Notes: a model not told the origin generated them from the letters alone. Counted from the first letter of the stretch, positions 15,555 to 29,154 are shown. The stretch is DNA of 64,000 nt from the human T2T-CHM13v2.0 reference genome, Homo sapiens (GCF_009914755.1 NC_060941.1), one strand, 5' to 3'. Numbers and translations: made by a program.

Positions 15555-15735
15555 TCATTCGTTCACTCATTGAATTTATTGCGCATTTTTTCTGGGCACT
15601 ACAACTAGGAAGATTAAGAGATGGCCACATTCTTCAAGGAAGTCACAGACTGGGAAGGGAGAGAAATGTTATTAAATAATTACAAAATAGTGTCATGCCA
15701 GCAGTGTGCTAAGGAAGATGGTGGGATAAAGCAGG
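15555..15735 (-). mobile_element. L2 3' fragment
   Basis: cattcgttcactcattgaatttattgcgc resembles the antisense L2 terminus. Confidence 0.5.
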
Positions 15736-16280
15736 GAGAAGGCCAGGTTTCCTCCTGGGCTCTGGGAAGGCAGGATCTCAACAGTGTGCGCTCCAAAGGC
15801 CTTGACTGTTGTGCGCTACACTGTTAGCCCTACAAGTTTCCCCCACCTGCTGCCTCCAGAAGACAGGCTGCCCTTCTTCTCCTAGGTTGCTGCAAGAATA
15901 GCCATGCTCTCTGCCGAGAGATCCGCCCTCAGTGCTTTCCCTTCAGGGGTCTAAGGGGGGCCGCCTGGAGCTACAGCCTTTGCCAGATCTTGGGGTTCTT
16001 GGAAAGGGGGCACACATGGTAATTTGGCCAAATCTGGGCAGCAAGGTAGGCTTCCTAGACCTGGGAAGCGGGAAGCTAAGAGCCAAGCAAGGTCTCTGCT
16101 GTGTCTTAGTTGAGGTAGCAGCATTTTCCACTTAAGGCTGACTCAGATTCTCTCTTAAGCCAAACTGAAGTGTGACTCCTTTAAGAGATGTGAGGGCCCA
16201 CGGGTGCCTCGGGGAACTGAGTGACATCTAGTTCAGAGAGGAAAGCCCAGACTCCTGCCATGAAAGATTTTGCACACACT

Positions 16281-16600
<320 letters not shown>

Positions 16601-16884
16601 GCACACTCTCTTTGGTGCATCTTTCCATTCTTTTCTTCCATCAGTTCTTCATGCAGACTGTTGGCACCAGCTACACAGACTTCCAGGCGTCCCCAAGCAA
16701 GCTTCACCCTCTCCTGCAATTCCTCTTCCTGGAATGTGTGGCTCCATAACACCCCCACCTGCTGGACTTCTACTTGACTTTGGAGGTCCAGTCAAGCTAC
16801 CCAAATATGTATTCATCTGTGATGTCTTTTCTGCTGTTCCTGATCTCAAATTATTTTTATTTCTGAACCCAACACAAAAAAATT

Positions 16885-17238
16885 AAAATTGTGTTGAAAT
16901 ACAAATAACATAAAATGTATCATCTCAAAAGGGTCCAGTTCAGTGGTATTAAGTACATTCATAATGTACCTAATGGTGGTCTGCAGCCATCAGCACCATC
17001 CATCTCCAGAGCTTTTTTATCTTCCCAAACTGAAACTCTGCCCAGGAACACTAAGTCTGCATTTGCCCTATTCTCAGTCCCTGGCAACCACCTTTCTAGT
17101 TTCTAATAATTTGACCACTCTAAATACATCCTATAAGTGGAATCATACAGTATTTTTTGTTTTGTGACTGATTTAATTTAGCATAAGGTCCTCAAAGCTG
17201 ACACATATTGTAACGTGTCAGAATTTTCTTCCTTTTTC
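16885..17238 (-). mobile_element. L1MB 3' end fragment
   Basis: cagttcagtggtattaagtacattc...tcccaaactgaaactctg...tataagtggaatcatacagtattt. Confidence 0.85.
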
Positions 17239-17299
17239 ATATATATCACATATATACCTAGCTACGCAGACTTCCATGGCTCACCATATACATGTGGCA

Positions 17300-18615
17300 G
17301 AATATTATATATATATATCTCATATATATCCTATTCAGATATGTGTGATATGTATGTCATATCACATATATCTCTATCATATATATCACACATGATATCT
17401 CATATCACACATATCTGTATCATATATCTCACACATGATATCTCTATTGTATCTCACACATGATATCTCATATCTCACACGTGATATCTCATATCACACA
17501 TGTGATATCTCTATCATATCTCACACGTGTGATATCACACGTGATATCTGTCATATCTCACACGTGTGATATCTCTATCATATCACACGTGTGATATCTC
17601 TCATAGCTCACGTGTGATATCTATCATATGTCTCACACGTGTGATATCTATCATATCTCACACGTGTGATATATATATCACGTGTGATATCTCATATATC
17701 ACGTGTGATGTGTATCATATCTCACGTGTGATATCTCTATCATATATCTCACACGTGTGATATCTCATATCTCACGTGTGATATCTCTATCATATCTCAC
17801 ATGTGTGATCTCTATCATATATATCACACGTGTGATATCTCTATCATATATCACACATCTCTATCATATATATCACACATATATCTCTATCATATATCAC
17901 ACATGTCTATCATATATCACACATGATATCTCTATCATATATCACAGATATCGCTATCATATATCACACATATCTCTATCATATATATCATACATATCTA
18001 TCATATATCACACATATATATCACATGATATCTCTATCATATATCACACATATATATATCTCACATGATAGCTCTATCATATATATCACACATATCTCTA
18101 TCATATATATCACACATATCTATCATATCACACATGATATCTATCATATATATCACACATATCTATCATATCACACATATATCTCTAGCATATATATCAC
18201 ACATGATATCTAGCATATATCACACATGATATCTCTAGCATATATATCACACATGATATTTCTAGCATATATATCACACATGATATCTCTAGCATATATA
18301 TCACACATATATCTATCATCACACATATCTCTATCATATATCACACATCTCTATCATATATATCACACATATCTGTATCATATATATCACACATGATATC
18401 TCTATCATATATATCACACCTGTTATCTCTATCATAGATATCACACATATATCTCTATCATATATATCACACATATCTCATATATAGCACACATATCTAT
18501 CGTATATATCACACATGTGATATCTCTATCGTATATATCACACATGTGATATCTTGTATATATTACACATGTGATATCTCTATAGTACGTATCATGTATA
18601 TATCACTATATATAT
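17300..18615. repeat. Complex minisatellite-like array, unit ~TCTCTATCATATATATCACAC(A/G)TGTGATA (~20-30 bp, variable)
   Basis: Continuous imperfect tandem array; palindromic core ATATCACACGTGTGATAT. Confidence 0.95.
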
Positions 18616-18740
18616 TGACGATGGTTAAATTATATTTATCACATATATAAATGGTGGAATTATATATATATCACATATATATAATGGTGGTGGAGTTACA
18701 TATATTACATTTACATATAAATGGTGGTGGAATTTAACTT
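18615..18740. repeat. Second short tandem array (~ATATAAATGGTGG(TGG)AATTATATATATATCAC, 3-4 copies)
   Basis: atggtgg recurs at ~33-38 bp spacing adjacent to the main array. Confidence 0.7.
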
Positions 18741-19024
18741 CTGTGATGAAATAGGCTAAGCGCAAATGCCATCGATTCTGAGAAAAGTGCAGGTGGTAGA
18801 GTAGTAGTAAAAATATCTCCCTGCAGGGAGCCCCCAATTCAGAATAGATTTAGTTCTTCTAAGATGGTTAGGCTATCTCTCTTTTAAAGATGTGCCTTTT
18901 CTATTCCTGTATGCACTAATCAAATCTTTATTGGGAGTCTTCTGTGTGGTGTACAAGGCACTGGGATGAATATTTAAAAGCGCAGTGACTCCATTTTTCA
19001 TAGCTTTTATAATTTAGAAATAAT

Positions 19025-19490
19025 GCTGAGAATGATGGTTTCCAGCTTCATCCATGTCCCTACAAAGGACATGAACTCATCATTTTTTATGGCTGCATAG
19101 TATTCCCTGGTGTATATGTGCCACATTTCTTAATCCAGTCTATCATTGTTGGACATTTGGGTTGGTTCCAAGTCTTTGCTATTGTGAATAGCGCCACAAT
19201 AAACATATGTGTGCATGTGTATTGCAAGGACAAAAAACCAAACACCACATGTTCTCACTCATAGGTGGGAATTGAACAATGAGAACAGATGGACACAAGA
19301 AGGGGAACATCATACACTGGGGCCTGTTGTGGAGGGGGGGAGGGGGGTGGGATAGCATTAGGAGATATACCTAATGTAAATGATGAGTTAATGGGTGCAG
19401 CACACCAACATGGCACATGTATACATATGTAACAAACCTTCATATTGTGCACATGTACCCTAAAACTTAAAAAAAAATGCAATAATAATA
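19025..19490 (+). mobile_element. 5'-inverted L1PA4/5-like insertion (antisense 19025-19220, sense 19221-~19490)
   Basis: Antisense ORF2-end/3'UTR piece directly followed by the adjacent sense 3'UTR ending cacatgtaccctaaaactta + A-tail. Confidence 0.92.
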
Positions 19491-20286
19491 ATTAGCGCAA
19501 TATGGCATGTAGAGAAAAACAGTGGCCGAAGCAGATGTGATTGAGTCCAAGGTGTGCAAACACTGTGACCTTTGCATGCTGAAGAGGGAGAGCCTTTAAC
19601 TCAGATGCATTCTGGGAAGGCTGCACGGAGGAGGGAACATGTTGCGGTTGGATTCTGAGGAATGCCCTTTTTTGAGAGTCTGTACTGGTATATTTCTTTG
19701 TTAGACATTTTGATGATTTCTCAGCCAGGAAAAAAAAACATGACATTTCACTCAAACTAACTGCTGCTACAACTGGGGTATGGGAGTTGACATTCATCAT
19801 TTTGACTTTAAAATCTGACTTTCTGAGTCCATTTAGATTTAAGGTTTCATTTTCCCAGAATTGTCATGGAGGGGAGGAACGAAGCCACACACTTGCAGTA
19901 CAGTTGAGAAGAAACAGTTATGGAAAAAGGCTTGCAACATTTCTCTTTTTCTTCATCAAATTTATATCAAAGTATTTTCTTTGCACCAGATTCTCATCTT
20001 TGAATCTTAATCCGCTAATCTTCAGGGAATTTAAGAAATGAAGGGGCTGGTGCTCCAGCAAAGATGTGAGTGGAGAGTTTGCAGCAAAGGCTCAACTTAC
20101 ATAAAAAATGAGAACAGAAGCAAGAAAATCACTTGACATCCATACAGTATGGGTGAGAGAGGTGGTGGGTTTTTTTGTTGTTGTTGTTTGTTTTTTTGGG
20201 GGGAACCATCGGTTAAAGATTCAACAGGAATAAAAAGGAAGTACTTGAGACTAGTTCGCTCACACGATGCCTTGTAGCACAATTTA

Positions 20287-20801
<515 letters not shown>

Positions 20802-21057
20802 TTATTCATAACGTCATAGCGCTCGGCTCAGTTCTTCACACAGACTAGGTGGCCGATTTCTGTTGAAAGAATTCATTCATTCCCTTATTTAATTATTCAA
20901 CAGATATTTACTGAGCATTTCCTAGGTGCAGGCAGGCAATTTTCTAGGCTCTGGGAATATAGCAGTATAGAGATACCCTGCTATATATGGTCCAGAAAGA
21001 ATTTACCAGCCCCAAATACTCTCTCCTTCTCTTTCTTTGTCTTTAATATATCTATTC

Positions 21058-21098
<41 letters not shown>
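21058..21098. repeat. (GA)n microsatellite
   Basis: Direct. Confidence 0.95.
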
Positions 21099-21100
<2 letters not shown>

Positions 21101-21238
21101 TTCTCTATATAAAGAGAATATAGTCTCTCCTATCTTCTGTAAGAAAACAATTCTTGGTGAAGGCAGTCAATAAACAAAATAAAAAGTATCAGCTGGGTGT
21201 GTGGGCTAGAGGAAAGAAAGAAATCTGGGAAGAAGGAT

Positions 21239-21658
21239 TGTATTACTTTGCTTTGAGATTGCTGAAACAAATTACCACAGATGAGGTGGCTTAAACAACA
21301 GGAACTTATTATGTCACAGTTCTGAAGTCTAAGATCAAATTCAGCAGGGCCACACTCCCTCTGAGGCACTGGGAAGGGATCTGTCCCAGGCCTCTCTCCT
21401 GGCTTCTGGTGCTTCCTTGGCTTGTGACAGTGACAGCATGACTCCAATCTTCACATGCCATCTTCCCTGTGTTTCTGTCTCAGAGCCCCAATTTCTTCTT
21501 TTTATAAGGACACATGTCATATTGGATTAGGGCCCATCCTAATGATGTCAACTTAATGGGAGTATCTGCAGAGATCCCATTTCCAAATAAGGTCACATCC
21601 AGAGATACTGGAGATTAGGACTTCAACATTTTTGGGGGAGACACAATTCAACCCATAG
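21239..21658 (-). mobile_element. MLT1B-like MaLR LTR
   Basis: aacaaattaccacag...ggcttaaacaacagg...tttccaaataaggtcacat...gacacaattcaacccata. Confidence 0.85.
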
Positions 21659-21855
21659 GAAAGGTTAAGTGGTTGTGGGTTGCTGTTTTATAGGGGTGGT
21701 CAGGTGAGGCCTGATAAGGGTCATCTGACCATGGACCTGAAGAAATGGAGGGAATGAGCCATGCAGATATCTGAAGGGAGAGCCATTTGGGCAGAGAGTG
21801 GGAGAATACTCTGCATGTTCCAGAAACAACAAGGAGGCCCATGTGGCTGGAGCCA

Positions 21856-21886
<31 letters not shown>

Positions 21887-24800
21887 ACCCAAGCTCAAGA
21901 GATTATGAAGTTTTTCCTCTATATGAGATGGAGAGCCCTTGATGGGTTTGAGTAGTAGCGTGTCATAATCTATTGTACATTTTGAAAGGCCCACTCTGAT
22001 GGCCGTCTAGTGAATAGACTGAATGGGGTGAGAGCAGAAACGGGGGGGCCATTGCAAGAGAGACTTGACAGTGACCTGGAGCAGAGTGATGAGAGGCGAT
22101 TGGACTTGGGACATATCTTCAAGGAGGAGACAACAGGATTGGGGGGTGGATTGGACATAGGATATAAAACCAATAAGTGACTCAATGACTCTTAGGCTTT
22201 TGGTTTCTGCAACTGAAAAGATGGATTTGCTGTTTATAGAAATGGGGAGAATAGGTTTTACTGGGACAGAAACAAGAGTTGAATTTAAGTTATGCAAAGT
22301 TTGAGATGAGTTTTTACATCCAAGTGGAGATAGCAAATAGGCGGTTGGAGATACGAATCCAGCATTCAGGAAGTCATCAGTATAGACGGTTTGGGATTTA
22401 ATCATCAAGGGAATGAGTAGAGCTGGAGAAGGAACTCCAGGACTGCTCCTTGTGTTCTCCAGCATTTAGAGGCTGGGGAGGTGAAGCAGAACAAGCAAAG
22501 GGGATAAAAAATGCATGGGCAATGGGGTAGGAACAGAACAAAGAAAAGAGAGGATTCCGTGGAGTTAAATGAAGGGAGTGTTTGGAGATGGGGCAGAGAA
22601 TCTGCATCATGTACAGTAAGGACTGGATACTGACCATAGGATTTGGCAATGTGGAAATAACTGGTGACTTTGATATAAGGATTTTTAGGGAGCAAATGGA
22701 ATGAAAAATAGATTATAATGGGTTCAATAGGGCCACATTCAGCATCTCCAACTCCTTTAAAAAATTGCCTTTACAGGAGAGCAGAGAAATTACCATAGCT
22801 AAAGGTGTATATAGGGCCAAGGGAGAAATTCTTTTTTTAATGGATGGTAATACAGTATTTTATATTCTGATGGACATGATGCAACAGAGTAAAAGTTAAT
22901 GATGGGGAGAGATGGCAGGATTGATGAAGCCATAGCTTTGACCAGGTGAGAAGTTATGGGATCCAGCATCAAGTCCAGGAGCACAGGCAATTAATCCATA
23001 GAGACAGGAAGGCGGCAAAGGAAGGAGGTTCCAAAGGGCCGCTTGGTAGAGAGAGTGGTAAGAACGTATGGAAGGTTTGCTGTTGTGACTTCTGTTTCAT
23101 CGGATAGATTAGAAGTAAGGGCACTTGTGAAGAACGTAGGGAGTTCTTTAAGACTTGAAGACAGAGGTGATGATGTGAAAGAGTTTCCCAGGTGCATGGA
23201 AGAATGACTGGTTTTGAGAAATACAGTCGGATGGCTGAGCAGCTCTTGCTTGAAATTGGCAGTCATTGATTGAAAAATGGACTCAGGTCAGCATGATTGG
23301 ATAGATTTCTGCAGCCATGTTGAGCTGCACAGGTTCCGGGTCAAAGAGGGGAAAAAGAGTAACAAATGGAGAGAGGAAAAGGAAGGGAGTTGAGGGAAGA
23401 TACAAGTGATGACAAAGATAGATTCTGGAATCTAAGCTGGGTTAGAGGAAATGAGGATGAGAGAAGGGTGGAGAACAGTGGGCGCTGATTGGATAAGGTG
23501 GACTGAGGCCCTCATGGGGTTGAAGGATGCTGCAGTTGGGAGTCATTCAAAAGAACTAGCTGAGAAAGTAGGTGGCAGTCATGAGAGAGTTGTTAGGTGC
23601 CAGCGATTGGGATGGTGCAGTAGTGGGTGCAGTTATTGGTGATAATCAGGTCCAAAGCATGACCATAAAGTGGTGGTTGGGAGAAGGCAGAGGACAATAT
23701 AATTAGAGGCAAGAATAAAGATTTGGGAGGCCAGGCTTCTGGAAGAATCATTGACTTGGATTTTAAATAACCAGGAATTATGGCAGGAGTATTATTAGAG
23801 AATTAAGAACTAAATCTTCAATAAATGAGGAGGAGTCTACTGAAGTCTGTGGGTAACTAAAGCATGGAGGGCCACCCTGTGGTGACATCTGAAGGCATGA
23901 ACTTTGCAGTCGAGCATGTTGGGGAGGAGAGAGGGATAGTGGTTTGAGAATAGCTGTGAGGAGCAGGGAGGACAGATGCCACCTTCAGGTCCGGTGGCAT
24001 GAGAAGTGAGAGGGAGAAGCAATAAGCACTTCAGAGGTTTGCAGGGAAAACTGTGTCCTTGGGGTGAGCCAGGTTTTAGTCAAAGCAGGGTGATGGGAAC
24101 ATTCAGAGGAAGGTTCAGAATACAGGGAGTCTGCTGATATTGGATGAGTCCAGAGAGGTAAAAACGTGTGAGAGATGTCCAGAATGACAGTGACAAGGGA
24201 TGAGCAGAGAACCTTGGGCTTCCCATAGTGACTGACTTCAACAGGGATACAAACCATCGTGGCTTCCAAAGCAGATGAGGCTGCTGGAGTGTCATGGGGC
24301 CCTGGAGGGGGGCTTTTGTCAGGAGCAAGAGGGGTGCTGGTCCCCCCCATCTTCACTCTGCTTCTGGCATTTTGCAGCCTGGAGGGGCAATGTCACATCT
24401 GGAACTCTGGAACCCTCCTTGTGTTAAGGCCATGGAAGGAGGTCGCCAGCACATCTCAAAGTTCTGCAGATACCACATGGAGCAGCCTGAAAGAGGAGGA
24501 GAGACACCTTAAAATTAGATGGTTTGTTGAAAAGGAGTGATGATTGGCTAGACCACGAGGGAAGCTCGCAGGCACTGTGTGTCAGGCCTGATGTTTAGTT
24601 ACTGCTAGTTGTAACTGGGCTTGGAGATTCTGTTCAGTCAACTAAATAGAGCCTAATTATCCAAATAGATTCACAATTTTGTTTCAATATGTAAAGATAA
24701 AAGACCATTTTTCTCTAATGATAAACAAAAAGAATGTTTTCTCAGCTGAATAAAAGGTTAAGCTGTTATTCATGATGTTTTGTCTGAAAACTTTTGATAG

Positions 24801-25630
24801 GCGAAACTTTGGTTCTTACCATTTATAGCTACATAAAAAAGATAGAGTTTTGGGTAAGTAAGTATAGTTTATGAAAGGAATTTCAACACATATGTGACCT
24901 GAACAGAAAAAGTAAAAGAACCAGAGTCAATTCCGTAGAAGGGCTGAAATACCTCTTTGGTTTTGTTTTGTTTTTAATTACTTCAGAGATGAGAATCACT
25001 GCTTAATTCTAGAGTAACAAAGGGAAGGGATTGTGAGAATATGACTTTTGAAATATGCCTTTTAGGATGGGAAACATTTAGGAAGGTGCCTGGAGTCATA
25101 TGAGGAGAACACCGGGCAGAAGAATTTTACTAGAGAGCTAGAAGGAGAAAACGTTTTATTGAACCTCTTAACAGCAAGTTTATATATACACTTCATGTAT
25201 TTTTCTTAATAGAAAAGCAATATGTGGAAGACTTCCCAACAAAATGGCAGATCTGCCTGACTTGTACGAGACATTCCTTTCCTATCAGGAACACAGAGAA
25301 ATTCTGGGTCAATTATTTGCAAATGATGTTTTATAATCCCTCCACAAGTTGAAAGAAAGAAGAGGATATCATAAGGCGACAGAAGTTAAGAGATAGATCC
25401 AGGCCAGGAGAGTAAGTGGGAACTGATGCTACACCTGCCCTCTGAGGATGTGAGACTCATACCCAGGCTCCTGGGGATGCGGGCTGCAGGTTTTGGTTGT
25501 TTGTGATTGTCTGCTTGCTGAGCAGATGAGCTAGAGCAGACCTTCAGGCATAAAGCCTGGAGCCTGCAATTGCTGCTCCTTTGTTAAAACCACTCCAGCT
25601 ACTAGTCTAGAGAAAGCAGCAAGGGAGCTG

Positions 25631-25708
25631 GGCCCTTGGGTGGAAGAAGCAGAAAGTCACCCTTTCTGTTGGCCCATGGGTGGGAGAAGCAGAAAGTCAC
25701 CCTTCTGC
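25631..25708. repeat. 40-bp tandem duplication
   Basis: ggccc(t/a)tgggtgg(a/g)agaagcagaaagtcaccctt(t)ctg x2. Confidence 0.85.
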
Positions 25709-25879
25709 CTGGGATTCGAGTTTCAAATTCAATACTGCTCTATAAGGGTTAGTTTTCCAACTCAGAGCACAACAGAGGAAAATATGAAGAAGGTTACACT
25801 ACGGAAGGGAGTTTGCGTATACTTTTAAAAACATCTGTATTCACTCCTTAGATGACGTCATCGAGTATTATTGAAATGT

Positions 25880-27400
25880 CCTCTTTATACTGTTGATTTC
25901 TGCATTTATATCTCCAGTCTGAACCTCTCCCCTTAATTCCAGATGGTTCTCAACTCTAGATTATTTTCAAGATTGTGCCTCTGAGGAGTCTAATAAGCAT
26001 CTCAAATATAACGTGTGTGTTAGCCAGCCTCCCAAATGGCCCTCAGGAATCTTGGGTCCTGCTGTTCACATCCTGTGTAATCTCTCCCACAGTATACTAA
26101 GGGTTGGTCTGTGTGATTGATGGAGTAGAGCAAAAGTGATATCAAGTCCTTTCTGAGACTGGTTTATAAAAGATGCTGTAGTTTTTATTTTGGTTGCCCT
26201 TGACCTCGTCCTATCTTGGATCACTTGCTCTGTGGAAGCCAGCTACCATATCTTGACACGCTGGCAGCCCCACGTGGAGAAGAACTAAGGCCTTCAACCA
26301 ATAGCCAGCAGGAACTTGGCAGGCATGTAACTTTGGAGGTAGATCCTCCAGCCCCAGTTACATTTTCAGATAATGGCAGCTCTGGTCTAAGCTTAACTGT
26401 CATCTCACGAGCCGTCCTAGGCAGAACCACCTGGGTAAACTGAGGTCAGATTCTCAACTCTTAGACCCATACAATAACAAAGATTTGTTGCTTAACCTGC
26501 TAAATTTTGGGATAACTTGTTATGCAGAAATGGATAACTAATACAATGTGCCCAAAAAGGCTCTCTGCATCTTCCCCGAAGCTCTCTTCCTGCAGTTTTT
26601 CCTGTCTCTGTAAACGGTGACTCTATTCTCCCAACAGCTCAGGCCAAAAACTATTCTTGTCTGTGTTTCTGACATTTCACATCCAAGTTTTCAGCAAATC
26701 CCTGTTGGGTCTACCTTCATAATATATCTGACTACTTCTCACTACCCCAGTTACTCTCTTGCTCTAAGCTGCTATCATCTCCTGACTGTTTTATTATAAT
26801 AGTTCTTTTGGCCTTCCTAATTTTGCATTTGCTCAATTTCAGTCTATTCTCAACGAAGTAGCCAGAGTTATCCTTTAACAATGAAATCAGATCATGTCAC
26901 TTTTCTAATCAAAGCCTTTGAATGGCTTCCAATATCACTTAAGGTAAACCCCAAGTCTTTACATGGGCTCTGTTGCCCTTCATTATTGTCTTCTCTGATC
27001 TCATCTTTCCTAGCTCTCTTCCCTCCGGCCACACTGGCATCCTGTTGTTGCTCCAACAGGCCAGGAATTATCCTGTCTTAGGGCTTTTGCACTCATGGTA
27101 CCCTCTGCCAAGAATGTTCTTCTCTTCGGTAACTGTAGGATTTCTTCGCTCATTCCCCACTGGACACAGGTCTTTTCCGTGGCAGCCCTATTTAAAAATT
27201 CCAGCCTCCCTTTATTCCCTCCACATTTCCTGGTTTATCGTCTCCATAGGTTTATCATCATCTGTCATCCTATACATTTTACATATCTTATGTACTGTCT
27301 CTCTTCCTCCACTAGAATGCAAGCCCCACGAAGGCAGAGAACTTCATGGGTGCATTCCAAATCCCAACAGCAATGCTTGACATCTAGCCAGCCACTCAAA
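25880..27400 (+). mobile_element. L2a-like fragment split by MLT1F
   Basis: atttatatctccagtctgaacctctcccct; aaatcagatcatgtcactt; ccactagaatgcaagccccacgaaggcag. Confidence 0.85.
26016..26545 (+). mobile_element. MLT1F-like solo LTR
   Basis: TG...CA ends; 5-bp TSD acgtg/atgtg. Confidence 0.85.
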
Positions 27401-27403
27401 TAG

Positions 27404-27707
27404 TTTTTTTTTTTTTTTTTTTTTTTTGAGACAGAGTCTCGCTCTGTCGCCCAGGCCGGAGTACAGTGGCACGATCTCAGCTCACTGCAAGCTCTGCCTC
27501 CCGGGTTCATGCCATTCTCCTGCCTCAGCCTCCCGAGAGCTGGGACTACAGGCGCCTGCCACCACGCGCGGCTAATTTTTTGTATTTTTAGTAGACACGG
27601 GGTTTCACCACGTTAGCCAGGATGGTCTCCATCTCCTGACCTCGTGATCTGCCCGCCTTGGCCTCCCAAAGTGCTGGGATTACAGGCGTGAGCCACTGCT
27701 CCCGGCC
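27404..27707 (-). mobile_element. AluY
   Basis: caagctc and gttagccaggatggtctc; TSD TCAAATAGTTTTT. Confidence 0.95.
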
Positions 27708-28154
27708 TCAAATAGTTTTTGAAAAAGCAAGTATTATAAACAGGAGAAGTAACATAATATTTAGACAAGATGGAAAAATCTAAAAGATACTATAAAGTAA
27801 GTGTGTTTAAAACTATTAAAAGTAAAAGAAGTAAAAAAAAAAAATGAATGCACTTTTAAAACCATTCAGATGTGAAAACAACCAAGTAGAACTTCAAGAA
27901 ATGAAAAACATAGTAGCCAAAATTTAAAAACAAACAGCCAAACAAAGGATCAGTTAAAATCAGCTTGATTTAGAGGGAAGATCTGAGGAAACCACCTTGA
28001 ACATAGCACAGAGCTATGACAAGATTAAAATTATAAAAAATAAACTAAATGACTTGGTGTGAGAAGGCCCAGCATGTATTTTGTAGGAGCTCTAAAAGGA
28101 GAAACTAGTGATAATGAAGAATAGGCGATATTTAAAGAGACAAGGGCACACAAT

Positions 28155-29154
28155 TTTCTTTCTTTTTTTTTTTTTAATTTTACTTTAAGTTCTGGGATAC
28201 ATGTGCAGAACGTGCAGGTTTGTTACATAGGTTTACATGTGCCATGGTGGTTTGCCGCACCTGTCAACCAGTCATCTAGGTTTTAAGCCCTGCATGCATT
28301 AGGCATTTGTCCTAATGCTCTCTCTCCCCTTGGCCCCCACCCTCTGACAGGCCCCGGTGTGTGATGTTCCCCCTCTGTGTCCATGTGTTCTCATTGTTCA
28401 GCTCCCACTTATGAGTGAGAACAAATGGTGTTTGTTTTTCTGTTCCTGTTAGTTTGCTGAGAATGATGGCTTCCACCTTCATCCATGTCCTTGCAAAGGA
28501 CATGAACTCATTCTTTTTTATGGCTGCATAGTATTCCATGGTGTATATGTGCCACCTTTTCTTTATCCAGTTTATCATTGATGGGCATTTGGGTTGGCTC
28601 CTATTATTCCCTATTGTAAATAGTGCTGCAGTAAACATACGGGTGCATGTACCTTTATAGTAGTATGATTTAGAATCCTTTGGGTATACACCCAGTAATG
28701 GGATTGCTGGGTCAAATGGTATTTCCGGTTCTAGATCCTTGAGGAATTGCCACACTGTCTTCCACAATGGTTGAACTAATTTACATTTCCACCAACAGTG
28801 TAAAAGTGTTCCTATTTCTCCACAGCCTCGCCAGCATCTGTTGTTTCCTGACTTTTTAATAATCGCCATTCTAACTGGCGTGAGATGGTATCTTACTGTG
28901 GTTTTGATTTGCATTTCTCTAAAGCCAGTGATGATGAGCTTTTTTTCATAAGCTTGTTGGCCGCATAAATGTCTTCTTTTGAGAAGTGTCTGTTCATATC
29001 CTTTGCCCACTTTTTGATGGGGTTGTTTTTTTCTTGTAAATTTGTTTAAGTTCCTTGTAGATTCTGGATATTAGACCTTTGTCAGATGGGTATGTTGCAA
29101 AAATTTTCTCCCAATCTGTAGGTTGCCTGTTCACTCTGATGATAGTTTCTTTTG
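28155..29154 (-). mobile_element. L1PA7/8-like 5'-truncated copy
   Basis: L1PA 3'UTR plus ORF2 C-terminal Cys-rich region ([16 protein letters not shown]); degenerate TSD gcaMacaMttttct. Confidence 0.95.

Larger units (their letters stand above)
20871..24240 (-). mobile_element. Long L2 relic (~3 kb, 3' end to endonuclease region), interrupted by MLT1B and (GA)n
   Basis: Antisense L2 terminus ttcattcatt...caacagatatttactgagc; minus-strand translation ALTKTWLTP and TPAIIPG resemble L2 APE endonuclease motifs. Confidence 0.8.

Noticed and set aside
17215-18213. I/S/H/Y/T-rich ORFs
   Set aside because: Translation of the tandem array; the repeat simply lacks stop codons in those frames.
17300-18615. 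CRISPR-like appearance (palindromic repeated unit)
   Set aside because: No unique spacers, no cas genes and a primate context; it is a minisatellite.
28312-29010. 232-aa ORF, the longest in the window
   Set aside because: Frameshifted L1 ORF2 C-terminus running into the 3'UTR of a truncated L1PA; not a host gene.
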